The notes under the pieces were generated by a model. That model was not told the origin of the DNA. It did no database searches and was given only the letters and a program-made list of their open reading frames with translations. Shown here piece by piece: positions 38,763 through 57,314 of a stretch of DNA of 64,000 nucleotides. A program made the position numbers and the translations under genes. The DNA is taken from contig OZ037769.1 in the NCBI GenBank assembly GCA_964035545.1, positions 7,545,929 through 7,609,928 of the forward strand, read 5' to 3'. The stretch is from Bugula neritina. Taxonomy: Eukaryota > Animalia > Bryozoa. The stretch's first letter is position 1, and each line of letters begins with the position of its first letter.

Positions 38763-38997
38763 ATGTCATGCATAACTGTTAACCAACCTTTGTCTTGAAT
38801 GACAATTATTACGATACCAAGACTTGAATTGCTAGATAATATATAATATAGTTACGTAGTTGAATAGAGATAACTGTGGAAGATTAACTCCAAAAATAGT
38901 GTTCTATCTGCCACACAGGTTTATTCTACTCACAACTTTTTAGCTTTACCTCAACCGTTATTAGAGTAAATTAGTCACAATATTGATTGTCACAATA

Positions 38998-41900
38998 ATG
39001 GAAAAGTAAACTTAGCTCTTCCTATCAATAATGTATACTTGCTGTTAAAAATTATACTGTGCTGTTTGTTACCTGATATTCTTATTTTGTTGCAATAGCC
39101 CAGTGTTGAAGATGAAAGTAAGCTGCATGTAACGAGAGTCATAGATATAAGCATGTTATTGTAGAGGTAAAAAACCTGGTAGCAGGAAATCCTTGTAGTC
39201 TAACTATTGTTAGCAAGATGCTTTATGTCTTTCATGTTTTATTATATATTGCAATTTTTTTATTTCCATATTTCATATTATAACTGAACTTGTAACGAAC
39301 TACACTGGAGAGTCACTTTATAAATATGCATTTATTCAGTGAAATTTTCTACTCTCAAACTAAGAATCAGAAAGCAACATACAACATCAAATAAAATACC
39401 AGATCTTCGAAGTTAGAAATAAAAAAGAGTATACAAAAATAATCTTATGTACAGCTTCATAGGATGGGGTCCTATGAAGATTAGAACAAGCTTACAGTTC
39501 AAGGTACTTCTAAGGTCGGGTTCCTTATTTGCTATTGTAGCCATGCTTAATCATCATCTCTGTTTAGAAAGTTTGGGATTTTTACATTCATAATTCCTGT
39601 AAAATACAGCTAAAGTGTATATATAGATAAGATATAGTTATACTATAATGCAGTCATGAGCTAGGAATATGTCAGCTGCAATTGCATAATCATCAATTTA
39701 CAAAAAATGATTAATATATTTCACTTTAGTATAACATACATTGCTCAGATGCACTAAAGGTAAGCACCATCAAACTGTACTGGAGTTCCATCAGCAAACT
39801 ACTTTAAATGCTGCCAAAAGCTGGAAGTCCTTGTAAAATGTAAAGGAATCTAAAATTATACAACCAAATGCAATATACTAATTATCTACATGCATATATA
39901 ATATGCAATGTATATAATAATGTATATAGTATATACACCTATATAATGTAGAATCAGTCAACAACCAGTATATTACACTAAATACTATAATAAATAATTA
40001 TATAATATAGATATTTTACTTACCAGTCACAGCTCTTTAGGAACCCAATACATCCCACATCTACATGAGATTATAACTTGTAAATCTCAACTCCAGTCTC
40101 ATAGGTCAACCACTCAACTCACACTTTTATACTCTGGAATCTAACACAGCCTCATAGCTTTGTGCTTTCAGAACAATTAAAAGCTCTGCATCCTTCAGTG
40201 ACACAAACACAAAGCAATGAAAGCTGACTAAGTAAAGCTGAAAACTGGAAAAAATTAATGAACTTTGCATTTAATTGTCTTCATAACTCCAAAATTGTAA
40301 TTTTTAGGTGTCAAAAAATTTTTAAAATCAAGTTTTTGCTGCATTTTGAATTCTCAATTAATAAAACTTTTTATTAAATAATAATTTGTAAACTCTAATA
40401 TGTACATGATTTAAAATTATTAAGGTAATGTCATATGCCTTGGCTTCACACAACTTCTTTTTATTTGATTAATTCTAAATTTTGCCTTTTTCTGTGCACT
40501 CAACCATGTTGTTCACAAGCTAATAAGTTATGTTGAAACTTTCCCTATTTCAAATTAATCCAAATACATAATTATATGTCATTCAGTATACATCTATCTC
40601 TAACCACAAAAAATACAATGATACGATTCCGATTAATCTTTAATAAAAACTTACATAAAAACTATAAACAATTATTATAAAATGATATAATTCAGGAACA
40701 CATTTGTAGTAAAAGTGCATTTATTTACAAGAAAAAACATAAAACCAACCAAATTGTATACAAATTCTTTATTGTTACACAACTGCAAGCTATTTCAGCT
40801 CCTGATACAACCGCAATTTACAAACATTTTACCATTTCTAAGAAGAATTACACTAAATACCTAATTTATTACAGTTGTGCAGCTTATGCTAAGGGTGTGC
40901 ACAACTCTAAGTTAAAAATTTCCAAAGTTTGAAGTTGTAGTTACTGCAAATTTAAAGTTTTACATTTAGCTTGTATTCCGACAAAGTATTTCACTTGAGT
41001 ATATTGCATTAGAACTACCTCGGCAATCAATTTCTGTTAGTGAATCATCCATCAAACTAATATAAACTTTGGCAATTATTTCAGTGTTATTCCAAATAAA
41101 TGACCCCAAATATTGCTATCAAATATATCTGCAGATGATATTGAAATATACTTTAAAATTTGAAATTGAATGAACATAATTTAAAGGAATAGTTAAAAAA
41201 ATGATATTATATTATATTCTTTTAAAAACACTATAGGCATCCTATTGATGATGACTTTAGTAAACTGTTACAGCAATGGTTTCAATGAGTCATATTATGC
41301 ATATGGCTTCAGTTATTTACCTATCCATGGCTTCAGTTAGACACATGTGCACATAACTGCTATTGCTGTTTAAAATGTGGTCAATTATATGTTTTCCTTG
41401 TGATTAAATACAACCCACTACAATTGTGAGTTTGAATGACATTATGCAATTTCTTGGTATATTATTATATAAATATATATTATCATGTAGTACAAAAGTA
41501 ATCATTGTATCTTTTGAGGTTAAAAATTGATGAACAAAGAATAACGCGATAGATTTTCTTCAAACATTTAAGAAGCAGAGGGGAGGGGGGAGGGTGGGTA
41601 GGAGGAGGTTCTCTTTAAAGAAATACAAAGTTTGAACATGTTGCACTAGTTTCACACATATCAGTAGTATTGCAAGAGCAACCCAGCTTCAGCTCATGAA
41701 AAGAGGTATTTATTATTAACTTAATTATTTTAAATTTTTACATATTAATAGGATTTGGAAAAGCTTCCCCCCTAAAAGTTAAAATTTAGCAACAAACCAG
41801 CAAAGATATTTCTAAAAATATTTCAGATTTATAAGTTACAATTCAACTATAAAAATTATGGAGAAACTAAAGTAAAAAGCAGACTTCAGCTGTTAGCTTT

Positions 41901-43147
41901 ACATGTTGGGCTTTTTTATCACTTTTCAGCTTTTAGCTCTACATATTCAGCTATTTTCACTTAACATTTTCAGTGTTCAGCTTTACTTAGTCAGCTTCAT
42001 TGGCTTTGTGTTTGTATAACTGAAGGATGCAGAGCTTTTAATTGTTATGAAAGCACAAAGCTATGAGGCTGTGTTAGATTCCAGAGTATAAAAGTGTGAG
42101 CTGAGTGGTTGAGTTATGAGACTGGAGTTGAGATTTACAAGTTATAATCTCATGTAGATGTGGGATGTATTGGGTTCCTAAAGAGTTGTGAATGGTAAGC
42201 ATAGTAATATCTATATGTATTATATATTTATTAGTTATATATACTGCTTACTCAGTGTAATATACTGGTTGTTTACCGATTCTATATTGTATAGGTGTAT
42301 ATGTTATATACATTATCATACTATACTTATTATTATATACACTGCATATTACATTTGGATTATTATATTGCAATAATACAGGTAGATAATTATTATATTA
42401 TATTTGGTTGTATAATTACTGATATATTTAATTTTAGATTCCTCTACAAGGACTTCCAGCTTTTGGCAGCATTTAAAGTAGTTTGCTGATGGAACTCCAG
42501 TACAGTTTGATGCTGCTTACCTTTAGTGCATCTGAGCAACGTATGTTGTAGTAAAGTGAAATATATTAATCCTTTTTTGTAAATTAATGATTATGCAATT
42601 GCAGCTGACATATTCTTAGCTCATGACTGCATTATAGTATAACTATTTCTGAACTATATATAATACACTTAAGCTGTATTTTACAGGAATTTTGAATGTA
42701 AAAAGCCCAAACTTTCTAAACAGAGATGATGATTAAGCATGGCTACAATAGTAAATTAAGAACCCGAAATGAGAAGTACCTTAAACTGTAAGCCTGTTCT
42801 AATCTTCATGGGATCCCATCCTATGAAGCTGTATATAAGAATTATTTTTGTAAACTCTTTTTTATTTCTAACTTCAAAGATCTGGTATTTTATTTGATGT
42901 TGTATGTTGCTTTCTGATTCTTAGTTTGAGAGTAGAAAATTTCACTGAATAAATGTATGTTTATAAAGTGACTTCCCGTGTAGTTCATTACAAGTTCAGT
43001 TAAAACATGAAATATGGAAACAAAATAAATCAAAATAATAAAACATAAAAAGTATAAAGCATCTTGCTAACAATAACTAGACAACATGGACTTCTTGCTA
43101 GCAGATTTTGTACCTCTACAATAACATGCTTATATCTCTATGACTTC
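38998..43147. repeat. Palindromic unit 1: arm A1 (~38998-40250), spacer B, inverted arm A2 (~41975-43147)
   Basis: For example tttaggaacccaatacatcccacatctacatgag (~40036) is the reverse complement of ctcatgtagatgtgggatgtattgggttcctaaa (~42149). Similarity extends over more than 1 kb. Confidence 0.92.
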
Positions 43148-43525
43148 TGGCGCTTATAGCCTGAGTTGAAGGTTAACTGTTGAGTAGACTAGGATAATAT
43201 TGTGTAGCTGTTCTATATGGGTATATTCTTTTGCAACTGTTGATGACTTTGTTTGTATCTAATTAGACTTCAAATATTAATCTTGTATAAACGTTAACTA
43301 CTTTGTTTTTCTCGCAACCTCATAGTAAACTATGCAGCAGTAATTCGTGTGTACAAAAATGCTGCTTTAGTAGTGCATAAAACCACATCAATATTGTAGT
43401 GGTTGTGGAAATTATACCCCCCCCCAGCCCCCGACCTAAGTACTTGTATTTTATGAGGCATAAAAGCTCCAAGAGACTACAACTTCACGTAACTCCCTAC
43501 GGCAGTACCGCTATATTTAGAATTT

Positions 43526-43828
43526 GGGTCATTTTACTTAATTTAGTACACACTGGGAATCTCCGATTTTTAGCTATTTTTTACAATTTAGCTGCTAGTG
43601 AACATGAGTTCTTGCCCAAAACTAATAAAATATGAGTGAACACACCTAAATAATCAAGGTTCTTTTTAATTTTGATTGATTTCCCATGTTTTTTTCTAAT
43701 TATTAAGCTACTTTTCATTTTGGAGAGTTATGGTTTTTTCATAGCACTCTGTTCATTAGCAGCTAATTTGTGAAAAATAGCTAAAAACTGGAGATTTCCA
43801 GTGTGTACTAAAATAAGTAAAAGGACCC
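43526..43828. mobile_element. MITE-like inverted repeat (~85-bp arms), possible ATTT TSD
   Basis: gggtcattttacttaatttagtacacactgggaatctcc versus ggagatttccagtgtgtactaaaataagtaaaaggaccc, with attt on both flanks. Confidence 0.7.
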
Positions 43829-44027
43829 ATTTCATGATGTCCCCTTGAAAATTGACCAACCCCTGAATAACCACTCCTTACAATTAAGAACCCACCTAAA
43901 TACAACAAAGTTACAAGTTTGGAGGTTACAAATTAGTATAGAATATTGGCTTCGTAGTGATATATAGCAACAAAGGTTAGTATTGATGTGCTTCACCCAT
44001 TCAACTTTGCATGCACCTCCCTAATCA

Positions 44028-49261
<5,234 letters not shown>

Positions 49262-50198
49262 ATATATAATACATAACTCTTATAATATACAGCTTCCCTC
49301 ATTTTTTTATTGAACCTTTATCATCAAAATCTCTATCCATCAGCTCAAACATTTAGTTGGTGACAGTAGGAAACTCCCCCAGAAAGAATGGTCATAGCTC
49401 TCATGACATGAGTTACATATACCCCCTAAAATTATTCCTCCTGAGTCACTTTTTAACAACTCTTTGTTCATCACTTTGATACAAACACTGGCTGTCTCTA
49501 AATTTAATATAGCACTCCGTTAAATTGAAAATAAGAAATGCTCATCAAAATTCGATTGTGAGACACAGGCATTCACGTAAGAATCTAAAAGCACAATATC
49601 ATTGTAATAAAAATAAGTTTATTAATGTCATTAGAATCTATATCAACTTGTGTAGCTATTGGAAGATTATTTGCTGCGTACTAAGTTTTTGTGTACTGCC
49701 AATGTTAGTATTCATCTCTCTTAATCAGCCATTGTGAAAGACTGTTATTATTTTGTTTCAACATAAAAGAACTTCTGCAGCTTGCTAGGGTTGGACTTCC
49801 TAGGCTCTAAATTGTACAAGTGTTATACTTATAATAGTTATATGTAAATATGTTTGATTGGAATAGTTATTTTTAGTAAAAATCAAGGGCCAATACTACT
49901 AAATGTACGCTATTTGAGATTTGTATTGTTGCATACTAATAGCATACATTATATCTGTATAATGTTAACATCTGTTTATGAATAATTTAATGTATATAAT
50001 ATTATAAATAAAAATTGCAGTACAGATGGTACCCCACAAAACTTCATAAGTCATGAACAAAACACAAACATAACATTTTCTGAAATATTATGTAACATTT
50101 TGTTTCAAAGATGCAACATTTTTTCAAAGTAATAAACATTACTAAATAGAGAACAGAGCTGCCTCTAGAAAGCAATAATAAGACAACTAGTGTAAAGT

Positions 50199-53100
50199 CT
50201 AAGCAACTGGAGCGTAGGTTTCCACTCTTTCTAGCAAAGCATCAGAATAACCAGGAGAGTAATATTTGACGATCTCTTCAGGGTAGCAGTTGTTGATAGT
50301 GTTAATATACTCGGCTAGCGCAGACCCCGGCTCTGCTTTTATTTCCTGTATTTTCTTGAGACCACCGGATGTGACAAATAGCCGTCTTGCTTTTGGATCA
50401 TGTGGCAAAACCTAAAACAGGGTGCATAGTTTTTCCTACCAATCATATATTCAGTGGAATGATGTTATGAATTTCTTTATCATATCATTATTTATATCAA
50501 GTGACAAAGAAACAGCGGTGGTCTAGCAGTTAGAGTGCTGACTTAGTGAACGTAAAGTCAGCAAAGACCATTGGTAATGTTATGAAGGGTGTTTAATTAT
50601 CATTATTTTTTTTAACAATAGTGAAAAACGATTGCTTAAAAACCGTTTTCACCAGGGGTTATCACAGGGACAGCGACTGTAAACCCGCATAAGGATATTT
50701 ACATTAAATGACTATTTAGACAGTATCATTCATATTTCGTGTTCTCAAAAGTGTATTACCTTGCTGAATTGTCCGACCACATGTTTCAGTATGTTTGCTG
50801 GAGCATCTTGTAAGAGTGGCTGTAGGGCTGGAAGGTGAACACACTTCTGGAGAATATTTTTGAGAGCTTTCTTGGCTTTAGTTTGTAAATCTTCTGTAGC
50901 ATCTGTTCTAAGATAACACTCCAAAAGTCTGGGCAAGACATTAGCAACAGCAACAGCTTTAGCATGCTCCGGGGTATGTCTACCTATTTGACCGAGTGCC
51001 CAGGCTATCGCAGCCTGTATATATCCTTCCGGCTCTTCAGACAGAGCTATGGAAAGTTGCACAACTCCCTAAAACCAGTTGAGTAACTCATAAATATTTA
51101 CAGCAAGTGTTCCAATCTAACTCAATGTTGATACAGCTATTGGTGGAACATAATTTAAATAAACGTATGCAACTGAGTCTTGGGCTAAATACAATTAAAA
51201 ATCTATGATAGAAATAATTTTAAAACATTAAACTAAAAAAAATTTAAAAATATTTATACCTTTGACACGATAACAGCCATAGCCAGATTCTCAGAGTGAG
51301 CTGCAACATAGCCTAGCATCATGATACCAGGGAGTCTGACATTGCCCCGGCAATCACCGATATAGTCGACCACAGCCGCTACACCTCCTGCATTGACTAT
51401 GAGTTGAGCCAACTGCAACAGAGTTGCTTCATATTGAGAATCATACTGGGTAAAGCGATTGTACTGCGCATTAAACTCAGTTGTAAAATTAGTTACAGCA
51501 AAATTATTACGTTAGTGTAAAACAAATTAAAATAACACATTAATCTAGCAACCTGACTAACCAATCAAGAGAGACAAGTAACTAGGTTTACAGTATTGAA
51601 TTATTAGCACTTGTGGAGCTGCTCACCTCTGGTGTATGTTTAGCAATTTCCCGAATGAGTGTGGCGCAGTTCTTCTTGACGTACTCATCCTGGTCGGTAA
51701 GGCAGGTGAGAACAGCTGGGAAGATCTCCGCTTCAACAACCATCTCAGCCAAGTCCACCGAATGCTTTGATATTTGGCTCAGAGCTGAGAACACTTGCCT
51801 CTGAATAGTACAAAACAAATACTGTCAAACTAACGTATTACTACAAAGTTGTCACTAAACTTGGTCAACATATTTTCTCAGCTCACAAAAACAAACAAAC
51901 CATTTTACTTTCTAGAAAGATTTTTAAAACAATCTACATAATTTACTTTTCCTTTTCACATTGCTATTAGTTTACAGAATGCATCTGATGTCTACAATGA
52001 ACTATTTCTTATAGATTTGACACCATCATAAAATTACACAAATAAATAATAAATTTGCAAGAATGAAATTGTTTGCAAAATTTCTTTGTCTATACACAAA
52101 CTAAAGGTTGAGGTACCTTAAGTTTGGCGTCTGGGTTGAGAATCATCTGAGCGAGATGTGCAATAGCTCCGGCATCAACAACCGTCTGCGCCAACTCTGG
52201 AGAGTGCTTGCAGATGTCACTGAGGGCAGATGCTGAGATGCGCTTCAATGATAACTCAGGTTCTTGTACACAGAGCACCAACAAGGGCACAGCTCCTGCG
52301 TCCACAACCTATAATCATTCAAATAGCAGAAACTTTGAAGGCTACATAATCCAACATTTTAAAACTGCTTTAAAAAATTGCATGTCATGCTATAGGGTAA
52401 ACTAAATGAGCAAGTAACTAAAGTAAAAAACTGGGTAATCTAACATTTAGCATTATAATGTCATATAAACTACTTACAGCTTGAGCCAACTCTGCGTTAT
52501 GTCTAGCAATATAGCCTAAGGCCCATGCAGCAGCCTCCTTCACCCCTGGGTCAAACTCCTCTAAGCAGATCACCAAGGCATCCAGGGCGCCACAGTCTAC
52601 CACTGATTGAGCTAGCTGTGGAGAGTGCTTGGCTACTGCTCTCAGCACAAATGCAGCTGCCTTTTTGTAAAATCGCTAAAACGAAAATTATGCTTTGTGT
52701 TTACAGCAAATTCTAAGTACACAGTTTAAAACAAAGCAATGCGATTTAATATAAATAAGAAATAAAAAAACACGTTGAGAAATTTGAACAAAGATATAAC
52801 TTACATTTTGTTCCGCTAACGAATAAACAAGTTGGGGAAGGATATCTCCTTTAACTACAGCCTCAGCTAAATCATCATTATAATTGGCAAGTCTGCCCAG
52901 AGCTAGAGCAGCTGTTTGTTGAATAGTAGGCACAACATCCAGCAACAGAGGGCGGAGTAAAGACATGACTCCGGCATTCTGAAGAGTTTCTATGTTCTGT
53001 GGCCTTGATGCTAATTCAGCTACACTTTGTACAAACTGAGTGCGAGCCTTTTGATACTGCTCAAAAACTGCAAGTGTAAACAGGTTCACAAAATGAACGT

Positions 53101-53704
53101 CCATCATACAAAGTATTGAAAGCAAATTATTTGAAAACCCATTAATGCAAAGAGTTATGAGTTATAAGAGTTATAAATATCATATTTTAATAAACAATCT
53201 ACCAATATTTTTTCAACTTTTTATACTCATACTGCAGCAAAAGAGGGTAATTAGACCAATTCAAGATGTAAATTTAGCAATAGCATTATTTGTACTGAGC
53301 TCAACTAGCATCATAATATTGTGTTTCAAGAAATTACCAGATATCTACATGGCTACTTTCATTATTGTGTTTAAATAAAACTATGATTTGGAAAGTTCTA
53401 TTATGATTTTAGTCTAAAATACTGATGTGCATTCATACTGATACTTTGAAACTTCAACACTGATTAACGTAAAGCAGAAATTATGCTCACACAAGTATAA
53501 AGAATAAATTACAAAAACAAAACGAAGCCACAGTCGATGTAACTACAAGGCCAGTGATAAACCAAAGCCTTTCAGAAACTGTAATCAAACATTACAAAAA
53601 GTAAAACTGTTTGATTCAACTTCATGTGAAAATGTCCAAATTATACTTTACTGTAAGAAAATACAGCAAATATACTTACTTTGCAAAACTTGTCGTTGAC
53701 TCAT
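50199..53704 (-). CDS. SPAG6: Sperm-associated antigen 6 (PF16), armadillo-repeat axonemal central-pair protein; exons approximately 53704-53680, 53067-52805, 52675-52478, 52308-52117, 51798-51628, 51412-51260, 51068-50760, 50411-50199
   Basis: MSQRQVLQ|FEQYQKARTQFVQSVAELASRPQNIETLQNAGVMSLLRPLLLDVVPTIQQTAALALGRLANYNDDLAEAVV ... KVLPHDPKARRLFVTSGGLKKIQEIKAEPGS...YPEEIVKYYSPGYS, with GT-AG introns. Confidence 0.97.
50508..50692 (+). mobile_element. tRNA-derived SINE, copy 5 (diverged, internally deleted, in a SPAG6 intron)
   Basis: cagcggtggtctagcagttagagtgc ... ttttcaccaggggttatcacagggacagcgactgtaaac. Confidence 0.65.
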
Positions 53705-53911
53705 TTTTGGTGAACAACAATTTATTTAAACAGAAATCTAAATTCACCGACTATAGTTGACGAGAGCAATCTGAAACAAGAAAATTAAACGCAACTAAGT
53801 GTATAAACTAGTCGTCAAGAAAACATAGCAACAAGTACTCCGCAGCAGCTAGTAACTATATGTTAAGCGCTATGATTCGATAGTAAGAATTCACTGCGAA
53901 GCTAGTTCAAA
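53705..53911. promoter_or_regulatory. Bidirectional promoter region SPAG6/CISD3
   Basis: Divergent ATGs at 53704 (-) and 53912 (+). RFX half-site-like CATAGCAAC at 53824-53832. Confidence 0.7.
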
Positions 53912-56900
53912 ATGGCTGCCAAACTTCTTGCCTTTCCATTCATATCCATCAGAGGAACTATTAGCACTACCACACACTTACACCAGTTATCACCATGTTT
54001 AGTAAGTGAAGAATAAGTTTTAAATTTCCCATATAATAATATTCTTCGACATATTTTGAAAAATACTATTAGTATAGGTATAACTGTTGGTATTACTATT
54101 TGCTTAAATTTAAGCCTATAGCCCCCATGCCCCCATGGCCATACTCATACTTATACTTATAGTTATACTATCAGTGATAGTCATACTCATAGTCACTATG
54201 ACTATGATAGTCATAGTCAATATCATAGTGACTGTGAGTCATACTCATAGTGATAGTGGCATAGTGATACTGATAGGCATAGGTCATAGCCCATGGGACT
54301 GGGTTTAACTCATTAGTTATTAGATTTACTAACTTCAAGTAATTACTATTAGTCTTTACTGATTCCTATAGCAGTAGCTATTGCTATTACTATTAGTATT
54401 AGACCTAGTATTATATTCGGTCATTTTGATTATCATTATGAAGTGATTATGATTACGCATATGGCATACTTATATTAATATTCATATTGTAATTGAAATT
54501 GATACTCAATTTGAGTTTTGTAATATTAATATTATAACTATGGTTTTCATTTGACTATCATTATGATGATTCGTTTTATGTATGATTTGATTTTCACAGT
54601 ACTAACAGTAATGATAATCATAATAATTACATCCACTGTCAACATAACAATCAAAATGAGCCATTATCATATTACTAATACTAACACTAATGTCAATGTT
54701 CACGTCTAATGAGTAGTGACTAATCAGTGATAGTAATCATATTCGAATTCAGTAAGGACTAGGCAGAAAATTGCTTAATTTTTTATTATCTAGTTGAACT
54801 AATACTATGAGTATTATAGTGAATTGCTATGAATAATTCACTATTCATTGAGTGCAAGTATCACTATTAGTGTGGCAATCACCTTGACAGTGCAATGTGG
54901 ATATTATTATAATTATATAAATTAATATTTTAAATAAATCTAGACAAGAACACAGGTTCACGCTATTCCTCAAAGTGTTGCAGCATGAAGCATTCTTCCC
55001 TAACCTAATTAACACTCTTAACTCCATGAAATCTCTCCGTAATACCAATATTGGGGACAGTAACTCTTTTAATTCAATATCCTGTAATACTAATAATTTC
55101 CTGCATAGCTTCCTCATTAGAACAGCCCGTGAACTACGCACGGGAGAAACACTAGCAGACTAATAAAAAAAGACCTGAACATCCGATAGTTCCACCTTTC
55201 CCCTATTTGGGGTCTTGGAACTAAATCAAGACAAGACAAGACAAGACAAATGTCATCTAACAATATCTATTATACTTTAGTAACTTTACAGTATACCTTC
55301 AAGACCAAGTTATGCACACACTAAATTGCTATGTAGCAAAAGGTCATTCTATTTAGTTTTATACTTATAAACCAATGTGTTAACAGAAGGTCAACAAACC
55401 AGCCCATAAATTAAATGGCATTCAACAATCGTAACATAAAATCTTATTCAAGTGGCACGCTAACAGTGTTGCAGTTTCATATTAGCATAGATTTAAAATT
55501 TAATAGTTTTACTCATTACCAGTAAGTAAAAGATCACTAATAGTAATGGAGTCTATGTGATAAATGCATTCCAAAGGTTGGATATAAAACTAAGAATCAT
55601 TGATTCAATGTGAATTAGGCTGCTGGTAAACTAGACAGTTGTAAGAAATAAAAGTGAGACTGTCTGTAGAATAACAATGTCTGTAATGGTTATAATAATC
55701 AAATATATGACTAACTGACAATTGAAAACTATAATATCGTCATCAACAGCAAAGTTAATATTTCATCGCTTTATAGTTCAAATTTCTATTTTTTACACCA
55801 TGAGTAGATGTTTAGAATGATAATCGAATTCATATTTCAACCTTTGAGCAGGGCTACCTGATTGCATAAAAATTATTTAGTATTACAATATGTAGAGATA
55901 TTTAGGGTACAACTCAAATACATTTGCTACTTGTTTAAGACAAATTCTCAATAGAATATTTTGTAGTGCGCAGCCTCTAATATACTAATAATCAAACTTT
56001 TAATTTAGAATATATAATATAATTGCTAATTTTCAAACATTTATTTTTACAATTTTTTGCAAATTATATTTCAATGGTTGGTCAAATTATTTTAGTCATG
56101 AGGCAATGCAGACCTACTATATATACACAATCATAAGTAATAAGTGATGAGTTCTATAATGTAGAACAGCTTGTGATACTCTATTAGAATTATCTAAGCA
56201 ACCAATAAAATATACCTTAATTAATGTGAATATAAGTTGGGTGGTGAGTTGACTGAAAGCTAGACTCAATAAAAGATAAAGTTTCACACTATCACCACAG
56301 TCTACAGACATGGTCACTCTTTAGAACTGCTGTAAGCTGTAAAATACTTCAGTACATCAAGAATTTATTTCAATTCGATTTTTAAACTGTCAAATATAAA
56401 TTAAAGAAAAGCTACTTAGTTACATATATGCAGCATAAAACATCTTATCCATCAATTGAATTCAATTCAAGGGTTGTGTGTCCAACAAACTTAGTTTTGT
56501 GAACTCTTCAATTGATAACATTAAACCAACACAGTACAGGTGTAGTATACTACATAAGACACTACAGTACATGTTGTATGGAGTGTAGTAGAGCAATTAA
56601 TAAACTCTGTGTGCTACTTATAGGTACAGATGAGATGTGGCATTTCGAATGGGAAAAGACTTGAATGTCGAAAGCACTTGGAAACTCAAATTTACCCCCA
56701 ACTATATACAGGTGTAGATCCACCAAAAGGTGCAATATATGATAAAAAACCTTTCCGCATGGAGGTTCAAGCAGGGAAAGTCTATCTATGGTGTTCGTGT
56801 GGACAGAGCAAAACTCAAGTAGGTCATTACAATATAAACTTTCTCCTGGCACAACTACAGCTGGTTGGTGAACACTCAAGTTTAAAAATTTAAGGTTTTC

Positions 56901-57136
56901 ATTATTTTACTAGTTAACTACTTCCTTTGTAGCCTTTTTGTGACAGAACCCATTTATACGAAGAAGGAAATGCGAGGATAAAGACGAAGCCAAGATTTAG
57001 ACCAGTCAAATATGTTCCCGAGAAAACTAAGACTGTGTACTTTTGTAACTGTAAGCAGACTGGCAATAGACCTTTCTGTGATAACACACATAAACAACAA
57101 CACATAGAAGAATGTCTTTCGATTTTTAAAAATTAA
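53912..57136 (+). CDS. CISD3: CDGSH iron-sulfur domain protein 3 (MiNT), mitochondrial; exons 53912-54001, 56624-56818, 56933-57136
   Basis: Two CDGSH-type motifs, WCSCGQSKTQPFCDRTH and FCNCKQTGNRPFCDNTH. The N-terminus resembles a presequence and all junctions are phase-0 GT-AG. Confidence 0.92.
54138..54845 (+). repeat. Degenerate hexamer/low-complexity tract at the start of CISD3 intron 1
   Basis: catact/catagt/gatagt/tatact units decaying into ATT/ACT-rich sequence. Confidence 0.75.
55126..55155 (+). mobile_element. Helitron-like 3' terminus
   Basis: GC-rich hairpin CCCGTG-aactacg-CACGGG followed 7 nt later by CTAG. Confidence 0.45.
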
Positions 57137-57314
57137 GTCATTAGTCGGCACTTTTTGTACAATATATTTTACACTACATTGTAGTACAAAAACTTTGAAA
57201 ATGACTCAAGTTTATGAATTTTGTAATTATGTTTGTGTCTACAGTCATTTAATAAAGTTTTTACAAAAGCGCACCTGGTAAAGATTACACACACAATGGT
57301 AACTTTGATACTGT

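Noticed and set aside
42158-42540. Selenoprotein reading of the palindrome arm (three in-frame TGA near Cys: ...KSCE*FLYKDF...VVC*WNSSTV*CC)
   Set aside because: No start or upstream exon in frame, the next exon-like blocks give TAG/TAA stops, copy A1 has a 7-nt frameshift, and no SECIS was identified.
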